Source of the DNA: Octopus vulgaris
Taxonomy: Eukaryota
Assembly (NCBI GenBank): GCA_951406725.2
Contig: OX597817.1
Coordinates: 84,568,001 to 84,632,000, forward strand
Length of the DNA: 64,000 nt
Direction of reading: 5' to 3'
How positions within the stretch are numbered: position 1 is the first letter of the stretch; every line of letters starts with the position of its first letter. Below the pieces are notes generated by a model. It saw only the letters and a list, made by a program, of their open reading frames with translations, did no database searches and was not told the DNA's origin. Position numbers and translations under genes: made by a program. Below, piece by piece: positions 41,549-54,037 of the stretch.

Positions 41549-42329
41549 GACGCAAAGGTCAATGCACTTTGCAAATTTTACATGAACCCGATGCAATAAC
41601 TCCACACTGTCGTTAATTTGGGCATATTCACTCTTTATGCATTCCATTAAGTGCATTGCATCTGTGATTTTCATTGAATATAAAATATATAGGTAAAATA
41701 TCACATATAAAATATATATAGCATATATATATAGGTTAAAAATATATAGTTAATGAGATTTCTTGTGTTCAGACTTTAAGGACAACTTGTATATGTATTC
41801 ATATGCAGTAGGGTATTTTTTTTTATTTTGTTTCATGTTGAAATGCTTAGTAATGATATAGAAGTGTCTCTTCTTTTTCAAATTGGTAGGGCGTAATTTA
41901 ATTTCTATTTCTAACAATTGGAGCAACATATAAGAGCTCTGTTGGTTCATTAAAGGATATGCTTTTGATTTATATTGACATCATCTCATTGAAATAAGTT
42001 GGAATCTATATTATTTATTAAAACATTTCACTAGATGTTTACTTTTCTATGAGGTCACTCTATCTGCTACAAACAGCAGCCAAGTCTCTCACATCATATT
42101 CTGAATTTTAAAACCAAAACCTAAAACAAGAAATATTCCTATATACTGATAAAGTCTAACTGCATAGGGCTGACACTTACCATATTAGTGTGGTTGGATG
42201 GTCAGGTGGAACCAACTGACCATGTGCCAGAATTCTTCAACTATTGTCAAAGATTACACACTTCCTTCCATTTATAGACAACAGGCCTTGAAAATCAGGC
42301 CATCTACTACGAGAACCTCGGTTGTAGCT

Positions 42330-42990
42330 ATCAAGTTTAGCACGATGAAAGGTAGATCTTGTGTGATTATAAAGCTGATCAGAGATGAGTAGATGTGTAA
42401 TCCTAGCAAGAAATGAGAGGGAGAGGCACCTCAGCCAGATAACCCCATAGGCAAAGAACACAAATTCAAATTTTTATGGGTAGGTAAAAGAGAGGTAGTT
42501 TTACTTGTGACAAAGAAGCCAAGTACATAAAGTAACCAAAATCAAGGAAAATCAAGATTAAATCATTTGTAAGTAGCACAATGGAAACTCTACTTATGGA
42601 TTAAGACTGACTGATATGAAAAGAATTGCTTTGAGATTCTGTAACAAAAAATATCAATAATAAATGACAACACATTTTCATAGCTGTATGGACATGTCAG
42701 GCAGCCATGATGGCTACTCTGGAGTATACAGTTGTTATGAAATATGGTTCTAGGAATGTTGAGGAGTCACAGTGTTTGAATTTCTGTGATGCAAATAAAC
42801 TAATTCTCTGTAACATAAATTTCAAGAATTCAGTCAGACATTTGATTACCTTTGAAACAGGTGAACATGCAAGGACTTGAGATAAACAGATGGTTGTAAA
42901 TACTTAGTCCTTCCCTTCTTTCATAAAGAATGTACCACTCAACATAGGTTACTGGTAAGTGACTTCCAAATAAGAGACAAAGAAAGATGT
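42330..42990 (+). mobile_element. Decayed RTE endonuclease region
   Basis: STMKGRS..VDV..QEMR..FKFLWVG..EFCDANKLILCNINFK..HLITF. Confidence 0.6.
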
Positions 42991-43113
42991 GGTAACTGAA
43001 ATATTCTAATACTTGTATATAAGGTTTAATTTTTAAAATATTGTAAATAGCGAAAGCATGGTATAAGTCAGATAATAGTTATTTTCTTAGCAAGTTTAGA
43101 GAGATAATATTTA

Positions 43114-43735
43114 TGCCCACTTAAACATGCATGTATTATTAGAGGAAGCTATACTGCAGTAGTTACCATGAGAGAAACTCTCAAATTGACTTTTGGGGGG
43201 CACAAATGCACTCTTGTTTATGCACTCTTATAAACAAGAGTGCATTTTGCACCAAAAGCCAAATCTGCCACGGTATAGTAAAGTTTATTTGCCAACATAA
43301 TGTGGCAGTCCTATACAAGGATGATGTTACTGTCTTTTATCCCCAGGAAAACATATTTTCCTGTTGGCTATTGGCACACAGTTTGTGCCCTTCATCACTA
43401 GCCACTGATTACCTCACACTGAGGACAGGTAACCACTCAGAAACCTAGGTCTGTGAGTATCATGTAAGGCTAGATATGGGAGCGATTACCTCCCTTGCAT
43501 ATACTATACGGGCACAAACTGTGTGCCAATAACCAACTGGAAAAGATGTTTTCCTGGGGCTAAAAGACAGTAACACCATCCTTGTATAGGACTGCCAAAT
43601 TATGTTGGCAAACAAATAAACTTTACTATTCAGTACTGTTACTGCATATCTCTCACTCAGAGATTTAAAACAAGTCGTTTTTCTCTTTACCACACTATAG
43701 TTTATTCTAACAAAACATCCATGTTTAAGTGGGTG
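43114..43735. mobile_element. Fold-back / MITE-like element
   Basis: Inner arms 43275-43390 and 43510-43629, outer arms ~43115-43178 and ~43677-43734. Confidence 0.75.
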
Positions 43736-44689
43736 TGATCTCGGTATCAATACTGCTTCTGTTGCTAATATATATATTTAGAGGATTTAGAATTTCATAC
43801 CATTTTTTAATTTGGAACCATAATTAAATATCAGACACCATCTACTCCAGAATGATATTAGTTTTGCCCAAATAAAGTCATTAGCTTTATAATCATCCCT
43901 CCATTTTCTTCCACTATTCCTGGGAGAGTCATGAGGGTAGAATCCTCAAGCACCTCCCCTTTAAGTTCCTATCAGAAGCAACCATCATTACACTTTTTTG
44001 ACTAGATTCCCATGTGTGGCCATCACAGACTATGGATATTATCCAACTGTTTCATTCTTGGTCTATCCCTGTGTCTCCTGCCTGTTGGCTAGACTTGAAA
44101 AATCCACATGTGATTCTTTCATGTGACATTATAACACATGTCTGTAATACCAGATGTCTCAATATAGAAAAGTAAAGGTCCAACCTGGAGAGATTTCCTG
44201 ATCTCTGAGATATACATCATGTCAAGTAACACTACTCCAGAGATCCTTCAGAGGAACCCAATTACCTTACAATTTACATTCACTTATTCAATCATTGTAA
44301 GTATAGGCATGTGATGAAGAAGCTTGCATTGCAACCACATAATCCTGAGTTCAGTCCCATTGCAGAATATCTTGAGTAGTTAGTTATCAACTATGATGGA
44401 AATTTTCATTGATAGAAATTTACATTGGTTGGGTCATGTACATAGGATGAACAACAGACTCCCCAGATAAATCCTTTACTCCCAACTATGCAAGGGGAAA
44501 AGAAACCTTGGAAGACCTAGACTGAGATTCAAAGATTTGCAAAAAGGAAAATGAAGAGGAAAGGAATCGATCATAATAAATGGCAAACCCAAACAAGGTC
44601 CAATGCTTGAAAAGAACTCAGCCTTTTTGCCTCTGTGAGGCCCAACACTCAAAAGGTGCTCTTTACGCACCACTAACACAGATGCCAGT

Positions 44690-45160
44690 TACATGACACC
44701 AGCATCAGCCATAACTATGATTTCACTTGGCTTGACAGATCTTCTCAAGCACAGTGTATCACAGAGGACTTGTCACTAGTCATTGCCTTTGCGAGATTCA
44801 AAGTTCAAAGATCATACTTCACCACTTTGTCCAATGTCTTCCTGGGTCTATCTCTACCACAGGTTCCCTCCACAGTTGGAGATCAGCACTTCTGTACACA
44901 GTCATCCTCATCCATGTGCATCACATAACCAAACTAGCGCAGTCATCCCTCTTATGCCTAACTATTCTCTCAAGATGCTTACACTCTGTCAAACATGCAC
45001 ACTGACATTGCACATCTAGCGAAGCATACTGGCTTAATTTCTTTCAAGCCCAACCATGTCCTCAACTGTCACAGCCCATGTTTCACTGCCATATAGCATA
45101 GCTTTTCGTACACAGGCATCATACAATCTGCCTTTCACTCTGAGAAAGAGGCCCTTTTTT
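44690..45160 (-). mobile_element. RTE LINE 3' fragment
   Basis: KGRLYDACVRKAMLYGSETW..LERN and GRDRPRKT motifs. Confidence 0.75.
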
Positions 45161-45199
45161 GCCAGCAGCAGCAGCAACAGTGGCAACAACAACAATAAT

Positions 45200-45860
45200 A
45201 GGTACAGTTCCGAGATCTCACGTCCACAGTAATATATTGGTTGTACTGAAAATTCATTCAAGAAACATTTTTCCTACCATCAATCCTCCCTCAGAGTCCC
45301 GGAAAGGAGATATGTAACATCACTGGCCATCCATGTTTGGCAACTAAAAGACAATGGAGTACCACACTTGATCTCAAGAAAAATCCTCAAAAACCCATGC
45401 CCCTACATCGATGGGACGAACACTGCAAGTTATGCATAGCTGAAGACATGAGAATCCTAAGGGACTCACTTGAGCCAGGGACTATACTTAACTCCAGAAT
45501 AGAGATTTTGAGGCCATGTTTGCACTTTAGGAGATTTCTCTGCTGGCCTTTTGGGAACCACCAGAAGTTGATAGCTAATGGGAGAGGCAGATAATCCCCT
45601 ATCATTTACTCTCACAGCTGATCAATGACAGTGCAGCCAGAAGTCAATAGCCATTGGCAAAAGGAGATAATCCAGACTTTCTCCTCCATATTTTAAAGAG
45701 CTCATAGGTCAACAGGTCTTGGGGTCTGACGATATGCCATAAAGTTAAACCCTTTATGGATGGGAAACCCAGGGTAACCCCATAAACTGGCCTTCACCAG
45801 GGAAAAATATAGACTGCTCTACTTCTAAGAGTGTGCTTCTCTGGATTTATGTTTTTCTAA
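45200..45860 (+). mobile_element. Penelope-like element: GIY-YIG endonuclease remnant + pLTR with hammerhead
   Basis: YIGCTENSFKK..YHQSSLR..TSLAIHVWQLKD..CKLCIAE..LNSRIE..CLH, followed by a hammerhead. Confidence 0.85.
45721..45781 (+). ncRNA. Hammerhead ribozyme (type I, canonical core)
   Basis: GGGGT-CTGACGA-TATG-CCATAAAG-loop-CTTTATGG-ATGG-GAAA-CCCAGGG-TA-ACCCC. Stem I GGGGT/ACCCC, GUA triplet. Confidence 0.8.
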
Positions 45861-46075
45861 AACTTATATATATACATATATATATATTATATTATATAAT
45901 TAGGGCTCAGTAAAATAATTTACTTTACCACATACTGAAACTTTTAGAAATAGCAGCCAAAAAGTTTTTTAGCCATTTCTTCTACTATAAGAAAAGTCTC
46001 CCAGATAGTGTTTACTCAAAAATAATTCCCGTAGATATGGAGGGGAAAACAAAATATCACATGTACAAAGATCAT

Positions 46076-46138
46076 TTGAGAACGTTAACGTTTCTAGATT
46101 AGTCGAATTAAAACTCGACATTTCTTTCGTCAGCTCAA
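46076..46138 (-). ncRNA. Hammerhead ribozyme (canonical core)
   Basis: TTGAG-CTGACGA-AAGAAATGTCGA..TCGACTAATCTA-GAAA-CGTTAACG-TT-CTCAA. Stem I TTGAG/CTCAA, palindromic stem III. Confidence 0.78.
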
Positions 46139-46345
46139 CATTTCTTAATTTGGATTTGAAAGCACTAAAAATTGAACATACCCGTCTGATATGAGTAACC
46201 TCAGACAAATCATCTCCAAACTGCCAGTGCCAGCAAATTCAAAAAGTACGAGTGAAGATTGGCTGCTATTTCTAAAAGTTTCAGTATGTGGTAAAGTAAA
46301 TTATTTTACTGAGCCCTAATTATATAACATAATATTTTGAATATA

Positions 46346-46650
46346 CATCATCATCGTCATTGTTCGACCGTGGTCGAGACAATGGAATTTACCATGCTAC
46401 GCCAGACTTCACGGTCCATCATGGCATTACGGAGGTCCTGTTGCTGGATGCCTGTATCCCTGGAGATTACATCAGGGTAGGAGAGTGTGCGCCCTCTGGT
46501 ATTGCGAGTAGATGGCTTCCAGAGGAGAAGAGTAGAAATTACTTCTTTTTCAGCTCTACAACAATGTCCAGCAAACTGGACTCTCCTACCTTTCACAAGA
46601 GATGACACAGGTGGTAGTTTCCCATATATTTGCATTTTGGTTGGATGGCG
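46346..46650 (-). mobile_element. RTE LINE 3' end nested in the pLTR array
   Basis: RRVQFAGHCCR..LLLWKP..RGRTLSYPD..DREVWR with a (GAT)n tail. Confidence 0.8.
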
Positions 46651-46936
46651 CTTTTACATACTGAACACTACTTGGTGAAATTAATTAATAATTAATTGAT
46701 TTTACCCTTTTATTATTGATAATACAATTCCTTTCTCCCTGTTCTTTACTGCGGTTCTCACCGTAATAATCTGTTTACTCTATAACTCACGTGGATGGAA
46801 GCAGGAAGAATACGAATCTTCACTCATACTTTTTGAATTTGCTGGCACTGGCAGTTTGGAGATGATTTGTCTGAGGTTACTCATATCAGACGGGTATGTT
46901 CAATTTTTAGTGCTTTCAAATCCAAATTAAGAAATG

Positions 46937-46998
46937 TTGAGCTGACGAAAGAAATGTCGAATTTTAATTCGACAATCTAGAAACATTAACGTTCTCAA
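46937..46998 (+). ncRNA. Hammerhead ribozyme (second copy, one stem III CpG decay)
   Basis: TTGAG-CTGACGA...GAAA-CATTAACG-TT-CTCAA. Confidence 0.72.
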
Positions 46999-47283
46999 AT
47001 GATCTTTGTACATGTTATATTTTGCTTTTCCCTCCATATCTACGGGAATTATTTTTCAGTAAACACTATCTGGGAGACTTTTCTTATAGTAGAAGAAATG
47101 GCTAAAAAAACTTTTTGGCTGCTATTTCTAAAAGTTTCAGTATGTGGTAAAGTAAATTATTTTACTGAGCCCTAATTATATAACGTAATATTTTGAATAT
47201 ACCTTGAATGGTCCTTTTACATACTGAACACTACTTGGTGAAATTAATTAATAATTAATTGATTTTACCCTTTTATTATTGAT

Positions 47284-47318
<35 letters not shown>

Positions 47319-47321
<3 letters not shown>

Positions 47322-48919
47322 TATTATAAAAGGCAGATTTTATCTGCCTCCCTTTGGGAGTTATACAAATCTACAATATAGGATTTCTTCAATTACAATT
47401 TACCTAGCATTTTTAAGAGTACAATGCATCGCGTCATGCCAGGTCCAGTTTTTAAAATTTAAACTCCAATTAAGCAAAATTTACAGAAAACTCACATTCT
47501 GGTGTGTGCGTCAAATGCTTTTCTTAGTCTGGTTTACACCACACGCAAACGCACACACACAGTGTGCAACGAATAAAATGAAAGTAAATAGCGACAGTGA
47601 TTTGAGGAAGACTAAACTGAAAGTATTTAAACCACTACTCAAAAAATAAAAAAACACAGCAAACAGAAACAAATAAATACATAACCATTTACTCCTCACA
47701 CAATTTCTTCAATTAGAATTTACCTAAGATTTTTCAGAGTACTTCAGTGGGTGATGCCATAAAAAATTTCTTTCAATTTTACCACCAATTAAGACAAAAT
47801 TCGAGAAAACTCAATATTTTAACATATCACTCCGAAAGCATTGATGTACATGTGTGCGTGAGTGAGTGTGTGTGTGTCATTCCTCACACACATGCATACA
47901 CATACATATACAACTACATACACATACAACTACATACAAACACGTGTGTGTTTGTTATTAGTAAAAAAGGCGCCAAATCACAACTCACTTATCATTCCAA
48001 CACATTTGCAAAGACACACGGACGGACAGAAAAGGTAAATTGGTTTTTATTTTACTCTGTATATATTTTATTATATAATATTATATATAGATATATGTAT
48101 ATATAATTGCAGTATGAAACAGTGTTTATGTATAAACAGACGACACTTATATATAGTTATTATAATAAGAGATTAATAAATGTATGCATCCGTTTAACCC
48201 TTTCGTTACCAAGCCGCCCGAATTTACCTATTCATATTTAAATGAGAATATCAGAGCAAATCTCTTTAGTACATTCGTGAAAACACGTATTATACTTCGT
48301 AAACACTTCAACTACAGTTTTGTACAAAAATCGAAGTGTAATTTTAATTCCGTGAATTATGGGAGATTTTTTTCCGAAATTTGTTCCTATTGTGTTTTCA
48401 AAATTTGTAATTCTGACAAAAAATGGATACGAATTTCATTATATCAAGCAGCGAGTCAGAATTCGAAGGATTTTCTACTGAAGACCTTCATAAATCTAAC
48501 TCTATGACTGAAAAAAAAAAAGCATCTTTATATAAGAGTGAAGTTGTGTGTCTGTCTACTACGATTTAGATTCCTAACTACTCCCACATTTTGCGGTGCA
48601 GTTTAACCAAAAGCGGGTATCTTATAGTCGTGATTCATATCGAGCCCTTCTGGGTATTAGCGTGCGTCTACGATGAGTCTACGATTTAAAAAAAATTTAC
48701 CATCATATTTTTCCATTTTAATGCATTTTGTTCGCTTTTATATAAGGGAAGTAACTCTCTAAAAATATCTACGATGTGTCAACGATTTAAAAAAAAATTT
48801 ACCTTAATTTTTTTTCAATTTTTAATGCATTTTTTTGCTATTTTTTGGCTATAACTCTCTAAAAATGCTTATATAGTTATTTCCCTTACAACCCGAGCAA
48901 CGCCGGGCGATACTGCTAG
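47319..48919 (+). mobile_element. Non-autonomous composite Helitron
   Basis: A|TC 5' end, 3' hairpin CCCGAGCAACGCCGGG (48892-48907) and CTAG|T. Second TC-type head at ~48525 and internal direct repeats. Confidence 0.75.
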
Positions 48920-49094
48920 TATATATATATATGTATGTATATATATTGCACAAAAACAAAACAGGTAGTGAATTAATTTCATAAAAAAGAAAAGAAAAGA
49001 AAAGCAAAAACTAGTTTAGTCATGTGTAAAGTAAGTAACTTTATCTTGTACAAGGCATATTAGATTTTTGTGATACACCAAGTGTCTTTGAGAC

Positions 49095-49428
49095 AATTTA
49101 CCAGAAATATAGCATCAGTGGTGCTTCTCCCTGGCACAAAACTAAACTGCATCTCGTCTAAGCTAACTCTCTCCCTAATTAGTTGGGCTATGACTCTCTC
49201 TGTAACTTTCATCACCTGATCCAACAATTTGATACCTCTGTAATTATTTCTGTCTAAGGCAGCACATTTACCTTTGTAGCAGGTGATTATAGTGCTGCTA
49301 TACCAATCATTGGGAATGACTCCTTTGTGAACCAGCTGATTTACAATACGGGTGACTAGACCATAACCTACACCACCATATATTTTAAGCAATGCAGCAG
49401 TGATTCCTGATGGGATGGGGGATTTCCC
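49095..49428 (-). mobile_element. RTE RT internal fragment flanked by ~150-bp direct repeats
   Basis: GKSPIPSG..IPNDW..YKGK..NYRGIKLLDQ..QFSFVPGRSTTDAIF. Confidence 0.8.
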
Positions 49429-50210
49429 TATATATATATATCGCACAAGAACAAAATAAAACATGTAGTGAATTAAATTCATAAAAAAGAAAACAACTAA
49501 AACTAGTTTAGTCAAGTGTAAAGTAAGTAATTTTATCTTGTACAAGGCATATTAGATTTTTGTGATACACCAAGTGTGTCTTTGGTACAGTCTTCAAGAC
49601 AATTTGGCTGTTTTCTGACAAAAAGAATACAATTTAAACATTTTATTTTTTTAATTTTGAAGAAAATAACAGTATACAATTTCATAATGATTGTCAAAAA
49701 GAGTTATTGAGATTCTATAATGTTTTGTTGGTCTGCTTTTTTTATTTATTTTTTTTTTTTGTTAATATATTGAATTTCTTTGCTTGTATCTAAACTTCAT
49801 AATAAAAAGAAAAGGTTGGAGGTTTATATAATAAGCTTTCATTGAAGATATTCTTTTTTAAATTTTCTTGTCCATGTTTTTGACTGCTTTTTCAGTATGA
49901 GCTTGTTTGCACTTATATATATATGCACACACAGAGTCTGTATGTTGAATCATAAAACTTAGTATATATTTTACAAATATTTTACATTAAGATAAACTGT
50001 AAAGTTAAATACAATAGCCATTTCATTCAGTAACATTTCTTAACTGTTATCTCATCTTAATTAGTTAATAAACATTTTTTAGAAAGGTGGGATGGTCTGA
50101 AATATAAATAAAATAAATGGTGAGTTGCATTATTTCTAAAAGATTGTATTTTAAAATTTCTCAAGCTGACACTCAAGCCTTTCATCGTTGACTTCCTACA
50201 TATACATACA

Positions 50211-50248
<38 letters not shown>

Positions 50249-50806
50249 TGTGCATGCATACATATATATTTATGCATATATATATGTGCGTACATACCTA
50301 TATTTATTCATAGACAGATAAATGTAGATACATACAGGCAGGCAGGCAAGTGTCTTCTACTATAGCCTTAGGTCAACCAAAGTCCTGTAAGTGGATTTTG
50401 TAGACAGAAAGTGAAAAAGTCCCTCCTATATATGTGCGGTGGTGATGGTGGTGGTAGGTGTATGTGTGTATCCCTGTATTGACATCATGTGATGACTCTA
50501 AATGAGTATCTTCATCATACAAATGTGGTTGTTCATTTCCAGTCTTCCATGAAAAAAACATCTCTGGCCATGGGGAAATATTACCTTGCTTGGAAAATGC
50601 AACAAAGGTTTGGCAACAAGAAGGACATCTCACTGGCTCCCTGGCTGAAGGATATCTACCTCAACAAACTCCATCTGACCAATGCAATGAATATGATAAA
50701 GTGGACATTAAGCGTCTGTGATGATGATAGGTTTTCTACTCACTAGACAGCCTGGCAGATGCTAACACTGCTTTGTTGTTTTCATTCATTCAGGGATTAA
50801 AAGAAT

Positions 50807-51238
50807 AACCCTTTGACATTTAACCCTTTCGATACCAACCTGGCTGAAACCAGCTCCGACTCTGAGTACAAATGTCTTGTTTTCATAAGTTTTGAATTAA
50901 AATCTTCCACCAAACTTGAGTCACAATTTATGTTCCTAATACTAGCTGAATGATAACTAAGTTATTTTACTAAATTCTTTGTTATTAAAGTAATTGAAAG
51001 ACACACAGAGCATCTCAAAATAAATACAGTAATGAATGGGTTAAACCAGCCATATTCATCCCACCTGTTTTATATCCAAACTGACTAGATCTAACCTCTC
51101 AAACCTACCCCACTATGTCCTTCTAGTAATAAACAGTCACATTATCAAAGTCTCAAGACTTTGAAATAATAAATTAATTCAAAATAATGTAAATAAATAA
51201 GCATTACATTTGACAGAGTAATCTGAATGCTAAAGGTC
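50807..51238. mobile_element. Nested piggyBac-type MITEs
   Basis: Inner element TTAA|CCCTTTCGATAC..GTAATGAATGGG|TTAA (50824-51040) sits inside an outer CCCTTTGACATT..AATGCTAAAGG element. Related decayed copies at ~54330-54662. Confidence 0.65.
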
Positions 51239-51239
51239 A

Positions 51240-51660
51240 CTTTAGTTCTGGTAGTGACTCAGCTATTAGAGCAAGGTCATTAGCATAGAAGAGCTTTTAG
51301 GGGCAGCCTGTCTTGAATTCCTCTGTTATTGCCTGGAGGACTATGATGAATAAGAGAGGGCTGAGGACTGATCCTTGGTGAGCCCCTACATCTACCCGGA
51401 ATTCTTCACTATAATCATTGCCAATCCTCACCTTACTATCAGCGTCCTTGTACATGGCTTGTACGGCTCTTACTAACCACTCATCTATCCCTACTTTCTG
51501 CATTAACCACCAGATAAGGGATCGGGGAACCCTGTCAAAGGCTTTCTCCATGTCAATGAAAGCCAAGTACAAAGATTTATCTTTGGCTAGGAATTTCTCC
51601 TGCAGCTGTCTTACCAGAAATATAGCATCAGTGGTACTTCTCCCTGGCACAAACCCAAAC
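51240..51660 (-). mobile_element. RTE RT fragment
   Basis: GFVPGRSTTDAIF..AFIDMEKAFDRVPR..GAHQGSVLSPLLF. Confidence 0.85.
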
Positions 51661-53560
51661 GCACACATATAATTATACACACATATTTACTCTATCCTTG
51701 TACTTTGAGGGTACTTCCTAACACCTCATCACCATCTTTTTCTCTATCTTTTCAGCAGATGTAAAGATAGTAATAAATAAAGAAGATACTGTAAAGGATA
51801 TACATGGTTAAGGTCAAGCAATTGACAAGCAAATCAGTGGTATTGAGCAGAATATTAGCTACAACGATAATTCTGCTTCAGCAACTCAGTACTGAATCTG
51901 TGTGAAATGTAATGCAAAGTAGGTCAGTTTCAAAATATTGATGTCCAGGTCACAAAAGCAAAGTTTGAAAGAAATAATACGTCATTTCCTTTAATTTCTA
52001 AACAGAAGTAAATAGGAAATAACACTTACTGACCAAAGACAAGAAAAATTAAAATTTTGTTATACTGTGTAATTTCACCAAGGTATCGATGAGAAAAGGT
52101 TTCAAGTCCTACACAGCTTTCACATTTTAAAAATATTTTTATTCCTTTCCATAGGAGATGTCATTGTATTAGCATATTTTACTTTGTTTAAAAATATGAC
52201 TACTCTTCACTCCCTCCAAATGTAACCAATGGTCTATTCAATTTAATTTAACTTATTTATTCGAGCTAAAAACTAGTATAACGCTATTTGCAATATGTCC
52301 CTTACAACCTATCACCAGAGGCTATTTTCCAGTTTCCATCTACTAAATTCACTCACATGGTAATGGGCAGCATACAGTGGAACTGAACCTGAAACCATGT
52401 GACTGGGAAGCAAACTTCTTAAGTACACAGCCATACCTGGATGTTATCAAATGGTTAACCAAATAATCAACTAAATAAAATTAAATGTCTAATTATCTCA
52501 CAGAGGTAAATATGTAAGAAATACAGTTGCTAAGTTAAGTATACTTATTAAGAAGCAATATAGTAAATAAAGAATAAATGAAAGCTTTAAATTAATTTCA
52601 TAGAATATTTCTGTAAGTTTTCACACCAGAACTTTGAAGAAAATTACTGCTGAAAAATTTGAGAAATTTTAAAAACTTTTTAATATTATTATTAATTTTA
52701 ATGTTCACTTTGTCATGCTTGCATGGGTTGGATAGCATTTATTGAGACAGATTTTCTGTGGCAAGGTGCCAACTTTCATTTATAGCTAAGTAAGGTAATA
52801 TTTTCCCCATGGTCAGATATGTTTTTGCAGAATACTAGAAATGAATGACATTCATTTGTAGCCCACAAGGCTTTGGTGAGCCTGGGAATACAATAAAAGA
52901 CACTTGCCCAATGTGACACACAGTAGGACTGAAACAATAGAGTTGAGAAGCAAACTGCCTAACCACAGGACCATTCCTGTGCCTAGTCATATAACTATGA
53001 TGAGAGTGTAAAGTTGTTTCTTTTAAATACCAATATAAACCAACAATTGTAATAAGTTACAACTAGAAATACATTCTTATAGTTTATTTTTAAATCACAT
53101 GTTAAAATGGTTTTTAAACTTTTTAAATTTATTTTTTAACTTATATTTCCCCAAAATGTCAGATAATATATTATATAAGATAGGTAACATTGTATAGCTT
53201 CATATGCTATAATGTGTATATTATGTGCAATATATACATCCATACACACACACAGTTCTGTTCACTTGTTGATAAGATCAGCAAAAGCAGTACTCAATCC
53301 AGCAAGAGATGAATATCCTTTAATAAATAAAAAAGTTATTTATACATGAGCTACCTCAAGTTTTATGCTCAAATAGTGCAGTAACTTAACAGTAAAAGGC
53401 AGCTTGTATAGCATAGCATGCAGGATTCAGCTATTGTTCAGGCTTGCAAAAAACATTTGAGCCTGAATAATTTTCAAATGATGCACAGCACACTATACAA
53501 GCCTGTATACAATTAATGCACTAACCAACCATGAAACTTGATATAGATTACATATAATTC

Positions 53561-53630
<70 letters not shown>

Positions 53631-53839
53631 AATTACTAAATAATATAATTAAATAATTTTTATTGAAATTCACCGGTGAACTGTATTGTTAAAAATACAA
53701 AAGTTCTTTCTCAAAAACTTATTAATCAATGACTAGTGTGCAGGGTTTATTGTGTGTGTGTACATTTTAAAAATAAAATACAGATGAAAATACAGAAAAA
53801 GGATGATGATAATAATAATAATAATAATAATAACAACAG

Positions 53840-54037
53840 TTTCAATTTTTGGCACAATGCCAGCAATTTCAGGGAAGGGGCTTAGTCAATTACATCAACC
53901 CCAGTGCTCAACTAGTACTTGTCTTACCAACCTCAAAAGGATGAAAGGCAAAGTTGACCTTGGCAGAATTTGAACTCAGACGAGATGCTGCTAAGCATTT
54001 TGTCTGGCATGCTAATGGTTCTGCAAGCCCACCACTT
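53840..54037 (-). mobile_element. SINE family B, CpG-decayed
   Basis: AAAGGATGAAAGGCAAAGTTGACCTTGGCAGAATTTGAACTCAGA. Confidence 0.75.

Larger units (their letters stand above)
45893..47285. mobile_element. Inverted plus tandem Penelope-like pLTR array with two hammerheads
   Basis: ~45893-46260 is the reverse complement of ~46815-47180. The tail is repeated at 46651-46720 and 47214-47283. Confidence 0.8.

Noticed and set aside
53266-53317. Possible minus-strand 52-nt exon (YSSLAGLSTAFADLIN)
   Set aside because: Weak AAG acceptor and GTGAAC donor, with no recognisable homology or partner exons
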